Shown here: positions 38,601 through 53,046 of the stretch, one piece after another | Position numbering within the stretch: position 1 is the first letter of the stretch | Layout of the letters: each line of letters opens with the position of its first letter | NCBI GenBank assembly: GCA_036172245.1 | Contig: JAYWIR010000004.1 | Span: 682,001 to 746,000, forward strand | Origin: Raillietiella orientalis | Lineage: Eukaryota | DNA length: 64,000 bases | Direction: 5' to 3' | Program-made: the position numbers and the translations under genes | Notes under the pieces: generated by a model | Seen by the model: the letters and a program-made list of their open reading frames with translations, nothing else | The model's database searches: none | What the model was told of the DNA's origin: nothing

Positions 38601-41600
38601 AAGTAATCGGTGGCTAAATAGAGGCGAGAACAAACAACACATGGGTAGTTCTCTCTTCAAAGTAATGAAATGACTTTTTGAACAAATGCAGTATACGACT
38701 ACATTATAAACTAATACGGCCATCATTATACCGAATAGTAAAGCTCAACTAAAGGTCATTTAGATCATAAAAAGTGTTCGCAGCAGGAGCGAACATACAT
38801 CGGAAAAAGTACTTTTTCCGCCTTCCATGTGATATAGGTATTTCAGGCAAGCATCTATTCAAGAGGAGGAAAAAACCTGTTTAACAAAAATCATGTCTTC
38901 GACGCTTTTTACCGAAGTAAGCCGTAACAAAGCAACTCATCCAAAATCCAGTGTGCTGAAACGTCTCCTGTCGGAGGACAAAAAATCTCACGACAGTAAC
39001 CAAGCTTCTTGTTGCAAGGCACTTTTGCAATAGATTTCATAATCTACTGTTGGCATGATAGCAGAAATGCTGAAAGCTGTTTCATTTTGTGTGCAAATGT
39101 TACAGAACACTCCTTCAAGGAACAGCTGTGTCCTCAGGGTAGTATAGGTTTCTACTTCAGTGCGTTCGTCAGCACATCAGTCAACAGACGATGACACGTC
39201 TTCTTGGATAAGCATCTACAAATGCTTCATCCTTATTGATCCGTGGGATAGTTTTTCAAAACAGAACACACACACAAAAAAAATTAACGACTTACTAGTT
39301 CTTGCAATCAATTCATGAATCACATAAGGTTTTCCAAAATACACCACAATTAATCACGTTTTCCATGATCTTGACGATGCTGTAATTACATTAGTAATAC
39401 GTTAAACAAGCATCCCAAATGGATGAATTTGATTCCATGAGTTCCATGAGTCGCTCGATCATGGAAAAGATATTCTGCTATTTAAATCATGGATTATTAC
39501 GTTTCATTAGAGATATGACAATATGTGACTAAAATTGGGGCCCCTGGTCACCCACAGTTCAGATCCAGAGCTCCAAAATACACAATTTTTACTTCCCAAC
39601 AGTTAGGGTAATGTCAACATCATCAAGCCAAGTTGTACATAAAACCACACAGTGGCTAGCCCAACGAGCGATATGAAATGTTTGTTTCATGGGAAATGAC
39701 TTCATTCTGCCAGAATCCACAAGGATACTTGGCTTCGGAGGAGGTCTAATGAAACTTTTACCCCTAACCAGAATATGAACAGGAAAACCGTACTAACCAA
39801 CTTTCGCTGTAAATCCGATTAAGTAGTCAGAGGACTCAGTATATGGGGATTAGTGACCCGTGAGAGAGTGATGATTACCAAAAGTGGACCGTTGTGGTAC
39901 GCATCGTAAGTGGCGAATGGAAAGTCTCACGTGAACCGTAGGGATAAGATACATCGAAATCCGCGGCATACTGATGCACTTTGAGAGTAGGATTCGGTAT
40001 ATTCAGAGAAATACGCATACGATTATGAAAAATTGACGAACGCTGCTTGCTTTTCAAAAAACGGATCCCAGCTCAGGAACCCACGGAAATCCTGAGGAAC
40101 CGAAACCAGCGAAGTGCTTAAAACGGCCTATCTGGGAAGCAGAGTGCGATTCTTGCGAAGTGTTGCTTTTCTGGTGGGAAAAGTTGAGCCAGATCATGTG
40201 CTCTGAAGGACAGGCTGATCGCGCTCAAACTGCCGAATCAGCCACATCTTTCGGTAGAGGAATCGCAGATTCAGGAAAGAAAGAAGAGCGGACTACGAAT
40301 TAAAATGCGAAGGGCTATAATAAATGGGATGATTTTGAAAGCTGATAAAATGCAACCTCTCATCAAGCTGACTACTGATGAAGTCTTCCACATTCAAAGG
40401 AGAATGTCGCGTTACACTTGTCCGTATCGACATGAGAACGAAAAGACATCGATAATGATCGGAAAATCAAAATGATGGCGTGACAGCGTACAAAAACCAT
40501 CAAAACTCTTTGCATGACGCTAAACGTATTCAAGATTAATCCTATACCACAGAACCCCTAAACGCAGTTCTGCACGCGGATTATTATCCAACATGTTTAA
40601 GAACTGAAGGAATGCAGAACAAAAAAATTGCGTTTCTCTCTGGAAACGATGCGAGAATATTGCAACCAACAAAGTACAGAGATCTCCAATATCAATTTAT
40701 GAGTGTCATTTCCAATTTAACAGCGTTGAGAATGACTGGGAACTTGGGAACAGGGAAGATCAGTCAGTTCGCGGAACCAAATGGTAAATGTTGACAGAAG
40801 TTGGAGAGGGAAAACAGTTCGGAACTCGTTTTATGTCAGCCGTGCTGGGTTTCAATCAGTGAAACTCCAAACGGCTAATCCCATCACTACTGATGATGAT
40901 GATGATGATAATCTCTTTGTTCGAAGGGATTAAGCGAGGAACGACGGCAATTTTACTGAGTACTATGTCTGCATTTTGTATTTATTACATACGATTTCCT
41001 CACCTTTAACGCTAGACACTTTGTTAAGTACACCTTTTCACTACTGAGCATTATAGCTTTTCTCAGCCTGTACAGAACTTCATCAGACTTCTAACTCGAA
41101 TTGCACGTTATTTGCATGCATGTGAATGTGAATGCATACGCATAAGCAAGTAACGCAAGAACTGTAAAAGTTATGCTGAGGCTCCAAAATGCAAGAACAG
41201 GACCATACTTGCAAATCCAGTAATAACAACAGTCCAGTAAATCCAGTAACTTCATCAACAAACAAACATCATAGTTACATGAAATTGTGCACTGGAATTT
41301 GCGCGAATGATCTGAAGAAACCTATTTACTACTTGGTTCTCATAATTGATCAACCCTGACATACCTTAAAAGCCACTTGACTGCAGGCAACACAATTCTA
41401 AAAAAAAAAAAACGATGCTAATTCCTGTTTTTTGAAAATTATTATTAGCAATCTCATAGAAAATTATGAAAACCATCAACGTTACTGTCTAATACTGTCA
41501 ACAAAAATTACAATCACAAATGTCACAAAATATGAATGTTTATTGAAAAATAAATATTTTTCTACATGGTATCTCTAGATGGTATGCTGCAAATGCAGTT

Positions 41601-42292
41601 GCATTTATTATGCCACAAATTTCGTATCCTAAAAACATCTACTTAGAAATTAGTGCACACATGCAGTCCATACTTCTCTCGTGTCTTGTAATAAAAAAAC
41701 ATATAGTTGCTACAGCCAAAACCTCCCAAACACAGAAATGCAAAGGCTACTCAAAAATTAGTCCACTTTTGGAGGACACTCGCATTCAGAAAGTCGTATT
41801 GCTACAAAATGTACAAAAGCACATTAGTAAATCCAGTGCACGTATATTAAATATAAGGACATCTTAAATAATATCACTTATAGCAACATGCTAATACCAC
41901 ACACAAAATCTGACTCGGCTTTTACAAATAAAATTCGCTATTTCCATGCATCCTAGTGGAATACGTTTTGGAACACTGCACTTCAGTGTAAATCAATAAT
42001 ACACTCAAAGTAGTGTAATGAAATTGCATATAATGCATTTATGTCCAGTACCATTATTAAAACTCCAAATATTGCACGCCTTAATAGTGCCAAACATGGG
42101 CTTGCCAATTCTATTACAATAAATAACTTGTACTGCATTTAAACGCTGCTATTAATTTAGTTGTATGCATAAATCTAAGATTCAATAACTCATGTACAAT
42201 AAGCAACAAATTTGATAATTATTACTGTTTCATAATGAAATTCATTCTTTTTGTTTATAAAAAAATGAAAAAATAGAAACAGAAATCCTTAC

Positions 42293-43149
42293 TTAATAGA
42301 GACTGGCCTTTTTCATTATTCTCAAGAAATCTTCCTGATTCACTTCTCCAAGACCTGTTCTATCAGCTTCACTAATCATTTCCTAAAAACAAATTACGTC
42401 AATTTCAATAGAAACTGTTTAAAGTTACTATTTACGGACCTATCCTTTACCATTAATGCAGGAAGACTTAGTAAAAATTTTGTGAAATGTAAAAAGTAAA
42501 CATGAAGCTATATATGCAGAAGAAAAAGTGAAAAAGACTTAAAACACATAAAGCCTAGGACATCAAAACAAATTTAAACCTAGCATACAGTAATGATGAA
42601 TTTCTTGTACATGCACCTCATGAAGAAGCAAGTTAGAAACAAACACATCAGTGACCTGCAATTCTTCATCAGTGATTTTTTCACCAAGCTCTTCTGCTAC
42701 ACGCTTTAAGTTTTGAAAAGAAATGGTGCCGGTGTTATCATCATCAAATAACTGAAAGGCTTTTAAAATCTCCTCTTTGCTGTCAACTTCTGCCAGCTTG
42801 CTTGATATTAACAAAAGGAAATCATCAAAAGTAATCTTATCTTAAAGAAGTAATGTTTACAAATCCAGTTACTTATATATCTTACTTTCTGATTCCTGAT
42901 TCACTTCCAAAATCATCTTTTTGATTTCTTCCTTTTTAGGTTCAAATCCAAGAGCTCTAAGAGCAACCTAAAGAACAACTTTAAAAAGAGATTACATTGA
43001 TTTCTTTTAACTTTTAAATCTTTAGCATCAATACTTCCAGTTCCTTCAACATCAAACAAATCAAAAGCTTCTTTTATGTCTTTTTTCTGTTCTTCGGTCA
43101 ATTCAAATTTCTGGGATTTTCGTTTGGTTGCAGCAATGTTTTTGTTCAT
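42293..43149 (-). CDS. CETN2: Centrin (centrin-1/2 type, 164 aa); exons 43149-43012, 42967-42886, 42840-42656, 42382-42293
   Basis: [112 protein letters not shown]; all introns GT-AG (44, 45, 273 nt) and phase-consistent. Confidence 0.95.
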
Positions 43150-46100
43150 TTTTAACACAAGATTACCTTCTAGAAAAATTAAGATTACTGTTGAGGCAGC
43201 TTAACAGAAGTGCATCACTTCTACAAGTGTAAAATTTATCCAGTGAAAACGTTATCGAGTATCTGGAAAAACATTTCTCTTGGTGCACAATCACATAGTT
43301 CATTGGAGCCATTAAAATAAAATTATATTGATAATGCAGTTTAAAACATAAATCTTGTTAAAATTTCGCTTTCAACTACTTTGTATCCAGAGTCTTGATG
43401 GAAATTACCATTAAGTACAATACCAACGCCATGAAAACCACCAGAAAAAGAATATAATTTGAATGGTATGCGATTAATTTTTATCCGTATAAGGAAAAAA
43501 AAAAAGGAAAACAAAAAACAAAGTTTGATGTAAATCTGAAGGAACTTGGGCCTTAACGTAACTTGCAACGTATTTCAACTAGCACTTATTTCCAGCATGT
43601 GCAAATTATCACAATAAATTCAAAATTCTCAACCATGCCAATCATCCATACACGTATCTCAACTGTTCCCACAAATATCAAGTGTATTTTACACTTTATT
43701 TTCATGAGCCTGGTGCGTATTTGCACAAACTTTTACTCAATCGTCCCACGAGCAGCCTCCAAAGAAAATGCTAAGGCTGCAGCCGAAAAGCGAATGTCTC
43801 TTAACAATGCCAGAAAATAATAATACATATGGAAAATTCAATACACTTAATGAATTGTCAGTGCAATTTCATGGGTCATTGATGCTTCACATCATTTAAC
43901 AAAATAGATGGGGTGGGTGGGGGGAGGGGGACAACGAATTGGAGAGAAACATGCATTTGTAACTCGTGCCCTGCATTGAAGGAAAAAATGGGAGCAGGTT
44001 GTCGGCAATTGCGTCGGTAATTTGGTTTGAGCCTGCAGCCTGAAGTCTTCGAATTTGAGCAATGGGAAAACTCTCGTCTTACACTTTTGAAAACACTAAA
44101 CGTAATGTGTTTGGCTCGTCGATAATCGTTTAAACAGATCCAGCATCAGTGGATCATTTACAGTTCCTCTAAGAGGAACGATTTAAAAGAACGATCTCAC
44201 CGGAGAGCATGGAGCAAGATCAAACCTTGTGATGCTGAAGCACCACAGTTGATAACTTGAGATGATCAAGCACATCTAGTTCGAATTAGAAATCCTACAG
44301 GATCTCATTTTAGTTCTGCTCCGGGAACCTCCAGCTTGGCAGCTTTGCTATCCAATTTGGCAAGCAACAAAGCCATACAACATGCAATGGAATGAGCAAT
44401 TGGATTCATACACAAAAAAAAGCCATCAAATCCATTTATCTCATTTGCAATGGATAGCAAAGCAATACAGTAGTTCTATTCTTTCATAGACATAAAAATG
44501 GCACATTAACACGCAGATGGTTAAATACAAGACTGGCTTACTACTGATTTTCCATGCAGATGTGAATTCAAATTCCATAATAATTGATAGCATAAATAGC
44601 TTCATTCAAAGTCAACTCTTGGAAACTACTGAATACTGAAACAGATCTTTGTTCTTGTGAACGTTCGATATTAGTTCTTTGTATTACCATTTTTATTTGT
44701 TTTTTGTTTGAACACTGTGAATGTAAAGCTATATTAAAAGGATACGAAGTACAAAATCCTGAACTATTTGATTGAATTTTTGATGAACTATAAAATAATA
44801 AACAAGACAGGTAGATCATGTACTAAGTTTTTGAATTTAGGAATTCTGCTTTTTGTGTGCTTGAATTTTAAAGACGATGAAACTGCTACGTGAATCCTTG
44901 TCTTCCTTAAGTTCCAATAAGTCCTGATAGTGTGTTTGAATTCTAAATTTCATTAGGAAACAAAAACACGTACCAAGCTTAAAGATGAGATCAAAAATGA
45001 ATTACAGTGATTGCGATAATTAGTCATAAAACTTGTTTCAAGCATAAAATCACAAAAGACGATAATGTGATTAAAGAGAAAAATACAAGTATATATGAAA
45101 TCTACCAAACTGTAGAGTGTAGTCGAAAGACCCGACTCCGATTTACATTCGAAAACTCGACAACCAAACTTAATCAAAAACGGCAATAAAACTATTTAAC
45201 GCCAACGCTTAAATGAAAGAATCCTCATCTAGTTTTGCTCTTGAGAAATATTTTTCATGTTTTCTGATGGTTTTTCTGTTCTTGCTTAAAACAGCAAGAT
45301 TCGTTGAGATCGCACATTACAACGATAAAGAAAGCTTCATTAATAAGTTCATTTGGAAAGACGTAAAAGAATACGTAACCATAAGACTTGAAACTTCTTT
45401 CATACATGAGAAAGATTGTCTATAGGTATGCATTATTATTTTTGTTGGAATGTATAAAGCTTTGGTGTCTAAAACTTTCGAAGCTTGCATTAAGTTCAAT
45501 ATAAGTATGGCAAGAGTGATGATTACTGTGCAATCACATGAATGCACACGAGTAGCTATTTGAACCTACATGAAATCTTCATGTTTTCATATATACAAAC
45601 TTGAGAGCCTTTACAACCGTGAAACTACTGCAAAATCAAAATTGTGAGGAAAATTCACACAGAAGTAGATGAAGCCATTCAAGCTTGGAATGAATCGTTC
45701 GGCTCCCCATCTTTTATTTGACTATCTCCATTAGGTTTTCCCTCAATCTTTTATTTACCAAACAAGCATCATTTGCTTGTTTTTCATAAAAGAAGCTTGT
45801 CATATTGTTATTATTATTATTATTTGCCTTAATCATGGCAGTCTGATCAGTGTGATGAATGTGTATCATATCTGTTGTTAAGAGTTGGAATTTTTAGATT
45901 CTGTTCAGAATTTCATCTTATTCCTGCCTTCCTTTGAACTCTGGGTTTAGACGATAGGTGACTCATGAAACTCGTCTTGCTCTCCCTATCATTAAGATGC
46001 GAGGAATTGGTTTTCCAAGGAAAAAAGGCATTTTTTTAAGCATTTAAAATACAAGAGGTGATTGGTTTTGTTTAAAGCAAAGGCATTTTCAACTTGGAAT

Positions 46101-48539
46101 TCCACTCACACTTTGAAGTGGTCAGGAAAATTACAATTTTTTTATATGTACATCAAAAATCGAAAGAAAGAAAAAAAAAAAACTGATTCAAAGTGAAAAA
46201 CACGTTTTGAAAATACAGTTTTCGATTGATTTACTTCGAATTATAGATCCATATTTCCATTTGGAGAATTTCAAATAAAACGATACACACTCATTTGCAA
46301 TTTATAAGTGGATAAAATAGGTACTGGATTGTAAGAATCCTATCAATTCGTGCATGTCTTTAAAATCTGCATGTCATAAACACAGAAGTGTGAGCCAGGA
46401 CAAGTTTTAACAGGTCTTAATAAATGCTGACCATGTCGATGTTTCGTTATTGGTAGTTTAATATTCTACTCAAAGCTATTTTTTTTTTTTTTCTGCATAT
46501 GTTTCAGAGAAGAAGAACCTAATAGAAGATTACAAAGAAATCTTGATTTTGACAAAATAAAAAAAAAAAAATTAACTGAAAATTAGGGCTGCTCATTTGA
46601 AAAATGAATGAATTTTTTTAAAGGTAATCATATAGTGAGATTTAAACTGACTCTTAATTAGTTTGCGCTGCTTGCAATTTCTAAGAATAATTCAACTGTA
46701 CAAGTTCGATGTATACTGTTAATTTCTTTACCACAAAATGTCTGCTTGCTTCGTATGCAGCGATACATGTTGCATGTTGTATCATAGCAACGAGTACCGT
46801 GTCAGGTAATGGCATAGCAATCAATATCTGAAATGAATCTTCAGTACATGCGGTGCACTGAAGTATCTTTTTGATGTTAATTAATTTCGTGCATCACTGA
46901 AACGAAAACTAAACATATTGCGAATTCAGTGAAATTATTAGCATAAGGTAAATTACTTGAAACGTGCGTATGCATTAGTGTTCATCTAGCAATCTGCTCA
47001 ACAGTGTGTTTCCATGGCAGAAATTTGGTCATACAAAGTCGAAAGGTAGATTCCATTGAAAATCTTACAAACTATTAGTAGATTTATCATTTCATACTTA
47101 ACTTTTAAATACGAATAATGTTGGTTTGCCAGAATCATCCATAAACAGGGTACTTTCTTGGTACTGAGAGACCAGACAGCTCCTTTTTCTTTTCTTTTCC
47201 TTTTTTTTTTTTTTTTTTTTTTTTTACGAGCTATTAAACATTTAATTGAAAATGGAAGCAATGGCTTAGATTTCGATTCCTATATCAGGTCCAAATAGTT
47301 AAGATGTCGCAGGGACTTTTTTAATGGCATTAAAAAAGGAAATCATAAGAATCAAGATTTTTATAAACGTCGACACGTTCGTTTCCGTTCACTGTAAATT
47401 GCAAGGATCGACATTGCGAGTAAATTCTGGAATGTGTCCGCTGAAGGCAGTCGGAAAGCCAGGGACCGGCATGCTCAGCTCAAAACTTGCACATTGGATC
47501 CAAGAAACTGACTTCACGACTCTTTGGCATTCACCCTGTAGCAAACGGGACAAACGGGAGAGAGTGTACGAAGATGAAATCCTCAAATTGAGTGAGCAAC
47601 GGCAACCATGGCAATGCAGTTGTTGGCGCGCGAAGGCAGCAATCAGCTCAAAAACAAACACGAAACAACCGACGTAGGTCCAAATCTGTAGGGTGTACCT
47701 CGTTCGAGCTGCAAGACCTCAGCAACAAAAACGTGTGTTCTTGCCATGCTAGAGTTTCTCGTGGAGCTGAGCAATGCAGCAAAAGTTTCAAATGTAAAGA
47801 ATTTGCAGCTTTTACGTATCCGTGGCCAGAAATCTCCATAGGAAGCACAAAGGGTTTCCCGGGAGCTGTCGCTTTTCCTTCTGGGTAAACCAACGACCAG
47901 AGTGGAGACGTCTGAATGAGGAATTTTTTTTTTGGAACAAGGTGTTTTGCAGAGGGATTCGGGATTCCAGAATATGCAGATATTCGTTTGCCTACCAAAG
48001 TTTTTTTTTTTTTTTTTTTTGCTGTTTAGCATGCACCTCAGTTATGGAAATTAGCGCGAGCTAGTTTTCAGCGTATAGATCCTGAGAGGGTCTCCAGGAA
48101 CGGTCAATGGAAAGACGGCTTCCTCTAGAATTTTTCAGGTGGAAGCACCATCATCTGAAACGCGCCGTTGAAAAAGGTCTTTACCGGAAAACTCACGTTT
48201 GAACGAGAACGCGAAGGGACGTCGTCATTCTACTTTTACTCCTTGAGAAATGTTAAAGTGATCCTTTCATTTCTTTCTTTTTTTGTGTTTACTCATGTGT
48301 TCGGGAATTTTCTTTTGCTATTTTTCCGCCTTGGTTGTACAAGAACGCATGTTGCAAGCAGAACAGCACACTCCTGAATCCCGCTGCAAGCAGCATGAAA
48401 TGGGTTGACCATCGTGGCTCGTTGACATTCCAACAAGCTGCACGGATCCGACGGCGACAGGCGAGCCCAGGTATTATTCCTGGGAAAGTGGCGCTGCGGC
48501 GTCCGCCACCTGTTGGGGCGGGACGCTAGGTGGAGGAGG

Positions 48540-48730
48540 GGGAAGTGCTTCGGGCACCTGGTTCCCCTCCTCCAAGGGTGTCGGCGCGTCGGGCGGGTCA
48601 CCCGCAGGTGGGGTCGCGCCTACCTGTTGGCCCTCCTCCATGAGGGCGGGCTGTTCAGGGTCGGCGACTGCAGGGAGGACTTCACCCCCCTGCTAACCCT
48701 CCTCCATGGGGGTGGCCTGCTCGACGACTT
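48540..48730 (-). repeat. Degenerate 66-bp tandem repeat (3 units) encoding a (M/L)EEG motif in a Pro/Glu-rich GC island
   Basis: CCCTCCTCCA at 48565, 48631 and 48697 (period 66). The minus frame reads TPMEEG*Q / ALMEEGQQ / TPLEEGNQ. Confidence 0.75.
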
Positions 48731-51700
48731 CCGAGCGTGGGAGTTCCCCCTCCGGGATTCCCACGCTGGTGACGGTTTCCGTCTTCTCCTCCTAGATGGT
48801 GGAGGGGAGGCGCCTCCTGGGTTTTTGGGACTTGCGTCCCGCTTTCCGGGGGGTGCCTCCGAGGAGGGGGATGTGCTTCCGGCCCCCAGGTCACAGATTG
48901 AAAATCAGCTGATGCCCCTAAGAGGTTGAAGTACGTTCAGTAACTGACCGGGAGTGAAACTCGTGGCGCCTTCGCTGACCTAACGCAAGTACTGACCATT
49001 AACCTCTTAGTCGATTCCATTCCAATCCATCGGTTTCAAATTTCTGGTCAGGCAATCGGATTCTCTTCGCAAAAACTGCAAAGCAGTAATGTTTTCGTGC
49101 TTACAAACCACCAAGACTGCGCCATCCAGGAAACAGAAGCAGTTCCCAGCACACAGTGAAAGAAGGACCGTCCTGATTTCTCAAGAGAGCGATCTGATAC
49201 TAACGTTAATTTCTTACGCAATGTATTCTCATCACTTATGAACAGTCGAATAATGATAAGATTTTCCCCACCAAGAATCAAAGAGTGCTTTTCTCGGGAG
49301 AGATTCAACTTTTTACATCATGGAACGCTAAGACTTTTAGAGATTGTTGTAGCTTGGGAAGCCATAATGTTGGGTACATTCGTACCATAGTGAATTTTCT
49401 CTTCAAGGACCAAGAAACGGCACTGCACCTCGAACTTAGCATTGGAGCCTTGATTATCAGTTGTCCTTTTTTATTCTTGGTTGCATGCAATTCGTTTCCT
49501 GCTTTCAATATCCATTAGTTTCCTAATAAACATATAAACACAAAAAACACAATCGTGCAGAGTGCTGCATACTTTTTTCATGGTTACTTGTGTTTGCACA
49601 CAGTTTACTAAGGCTCCAGCTTATTAAAATTAAAGTAAATTTGGAAAAATCAGCGGTTTGACTCTGGAACTCCAAAAAGAGCTCCAGCTTGCTAAAATGA
49701 AATTTCAAGTAAAGGATCCTTCCTTCTCTAGCTGCGCTCTTCGTTTTTTTATTTTTTTTTTTTTAAAAAAAATCTCAGCTGAGCTTTTTTTTTGTTTCTG
49801 ATTTAATAAAAAGACATCGGTTTCGTGTTTTTTTGTATCCATTTCAGAAACCAGATTTTGCTCAGAAACTGAATCCTCTATTCACATTTTCTTTGGATTC
49901 TTGTGGCAGCATTTTACATTAGTGTTTCAACGCATCCTTATCGGGGTCTATATATATATATTTTTTCCTTTCTCCCTACTGAAATTCTCAAAATTCGATA
50001 GTTTTCCTCTTTCTAAAAGACAACATCAAAAATGTGAAATTCATTATGCATGCCTTAGGAGCTTGCCATCAAATGACTGATGCTGCTTAGTCTCCCACAT
50101 TTAGGCGTTAAATCACTTCATGCATTGTAATTCACGAATTAAATTAGCAGCAAAGGTATCGTGAACTTGGAGATTTTAAGAATGCCAAGAATTCAGAACG
50201 TTTCATTTTATGGAAGAAACGAAAAGCAAAAGGTATTCCACTTCAACATCACCGGTGCTGGGCTAGAAATACCAATTCTATCAAAACAAGTAAATATCTG
50301 AGGAGAATCCCGAAACCAAATTAATGATTAACTATTGCGAAAAGTTGTAATGATACCTCACAGCAAAGACCAAATCGACTGTGGAAAACACCATTTATCA
50401 TATGAATAAATGGAGATAACCAATTTTTCGAGAAGGGCGTGAATTTGGGAACATGAAACTTCCGCAAATCTCAGCTTCTGTTTGCCAGGAGATTCGAAAG
50501 GAAAAAAAAATTGAAAAAAGACGATGTGATTTAATCAGTTCATCAGATTTCAAATCGTCGGAGCTTCGAAAATGATCATGGAACGAACAAATGAATACAT
50601 TTGTGATTATAGACCTCATTAGGCGCATCCACGCATGCCGTAAAGAAGAGATGCTGAAGGAAAGAACTCTGAAAATTTTTTCGAGAGTTAGAAAAACGAA
50701 GTGATGAGTTTAGTAGAAGGTGCGATTCGTGGATACAATGGAACGCAAAAGTTTTTCAAAACCCCGGGGTTTCATAATTCAGCATCCTCGTCAGTACACG
50801 GGGCACGGAGAAAGGAGAATTCAAAAACTGAAAAGAAACCCGCTTTAGGAGAAAAAAAAAAAAAAAAACTCCACCCAAAATCATTTGAAGAGGGAAATGC
50901 TGGTGGAAATCGGGAATGAAATCTGATCTTCAGGGGTAGCTGCACATGCTGAAACTGTGCAAGCACACATTTGTTCATGTCTGGATTCAGTCAATCACTG
51001 TTGATTGAAAACGTATAGTTCAGTGTATAAAAGGAGATGAAGAAACCTTTTCTGCAAAGCATTCATTACGAGCTTTAGTTTTCTGCGAAGCGAATTTCCA
51101 TATTTATTGCATCGCAGATTGATGATGGTAAGCTAAGCTTATCGTCCACAAGCAGGCCGAGCGCGATCAAATGTGTACACCGTGGTAATCTGCAGCGGTG
51201 GTCCAACAACATCCCGAGTTGGATATTGGAAACAGAGATGTGCTGACTGAACGAAGATATTTACATTAATCGCTTTGCACCTTTATATTCGGAACACGAA
51301 CATCGGCGGCCTTAGCAATCAGACAGTCAGAATGCTTGGTACTTTGATGACGTTGCTTCGAAAGAACTGACGTTTCTCTGATTCCACATGAAAACACTTT
51401 TCACGTCGATTGAGTTTTCCAGAAGGATTCCGCTTGCAACTTACGAGATCCCGTGGGAAGAGAATAGGGAGCAGAAAATTTGTAACCTTTGAATGCCTAA
51501 GAATCCGAAATCGTATAGTCTCTTAATGATAATAATATGCAAATTTTGCCGAATGAGTACATATTCTCATGCAGTAACATGCAAAAGTTAATCCAGATTT
51601 TTGGAACGTTTTCTTGGGTTTGGGCAACAGAGAAAAAACTTACAGGAAGCGTGGAATTCAGGCGACGAGGAAGCAAGCGTTGATTAAGACTTCCAATAAG

Positions 51701-53046
51701 CAAAAACAGGGTGAGTTTTTGTCGATCTGACGTCCCCCCCTCCAAAAAAGAAAAAAAAAAAGAGAAAAAAAAACATGCAATTTTCGTAAGTCAATGTTTG
51801 TTTAGCGACTCGGGACATGCGTTATTATGCGTGGAAGAGGACGCTAATTACTAAGGATCTCTCGAGTTATTTTCTCTTAACGATGTACATCCCCATCATC
51901 GTTAAAATTACGACTTCCATCATTGAGAGACTGTGCTTGCTGGTGAAGGTGCGCATCAGCTTGAAGATTTCAAAGCTTCTACGTATGGTGGGGAATCAAA
52001 AACGAGCACATGGCACACATGCGATGGCAATTATTGCTTACCGCTTGTTTGCTATGCCATCCTTGCTCATCTGTTTCGAATGCTAAATACGTTTCGACTG
52101 TTTTCGTATAAAATTTGTTTCAAGGAGAAAGCCATCAAATTAGAGAACGTGATGTAGTTTGCTGCCGTCTAGGCACGGTAGCAGTGTACCGAGTTTGGAA
52201 GCTTTCATGCTTTCTTTCAATGCTCCCCTTAATTTCATTCTTCGACCCATCATCCCAGCCTTTCCTTTAAGCCCAGATCTCTTCGATGGATGCCGGACAA
52301 TGTGCAAGTGAAGTATTTATCTAAATGCTGTTGTTAGTCTTAGGGAGCAACTCTGAAATGCACGCTTGCTGATTACAGTAATTTATGATCGTAAAGCCTA
52401 AAGTATTCTGTAGTCCCAAATGCACTTCGTGTAGCACCCTTGGAGATTTGAGAGCACTGCCTCCGAACACTATCCGTAAGCAAACTCTCAGCATCACGCC
52501 GAGTGCTGTAATCCGTGGATGAATGCGGACAACATGGGATCGCCCTCCCACACGAAGCCTCCAGAGATCACCGTGTCCACAGGGTTGCCACACGGAATCT
52601 TCTACCGGTGCTCTTCGGTGCCCAAATTCCAGCTAACCTGAGAAAATCCTTCGTGAATCGCTAAGCATAGGACGTTGCCTGAGTGCGAACGCTGCTTTTT
52701 CTAGGTGGAGAAACCGAGGAGTGTCTTCACACATTCCTTTCACACAAGTACATTTTTGCAGAAAGCATGCTGACACGAGTTTCGTTATCCAGACGTGAAT
52801 GATGAATGCCAGGGGTGAGGAGCGAATACCTCCCTCGGAACAGTGTAACAACTGCAGTAGCTGGTTATTGGGTTGAAGTCAATGTAATAATTAGTGTAAT
52901 GATACTCGATTTGGTGATCACTTTGCAGTCTCGGTGTTTCGGCGCTTGAAACTCCTTACTTGAGGTTTGTCTCGAGGAAACCTTCCCTCTACCCAGAAGA
53001 CAAAAAAAAAAATACCATTTCTTTTTCTGAAACGATTTTTTTAAAG

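Noticed and set aside
38847..38990. GKHLFKRRKK..CLRRFL..AV, faint resemblance to V2/V3
   Set aside because: Three stops and no turn/helix-3 motif.
43740..43860. KAAAEKRMSLNNARK**/YGKFNTL, Psq-like trace
   Set aside because: Needs stops plus a frameshift, lacks the conserved Pro, and has no acceptor.
49655..49692. Minus-strand QAGALFGVPESNR, a Psq helix-3-like motif
   Set aside because: Flanked by stops on both sides, phase-0 acceptor, no helix 1. A match this short is plausible by chance in 64 kb.
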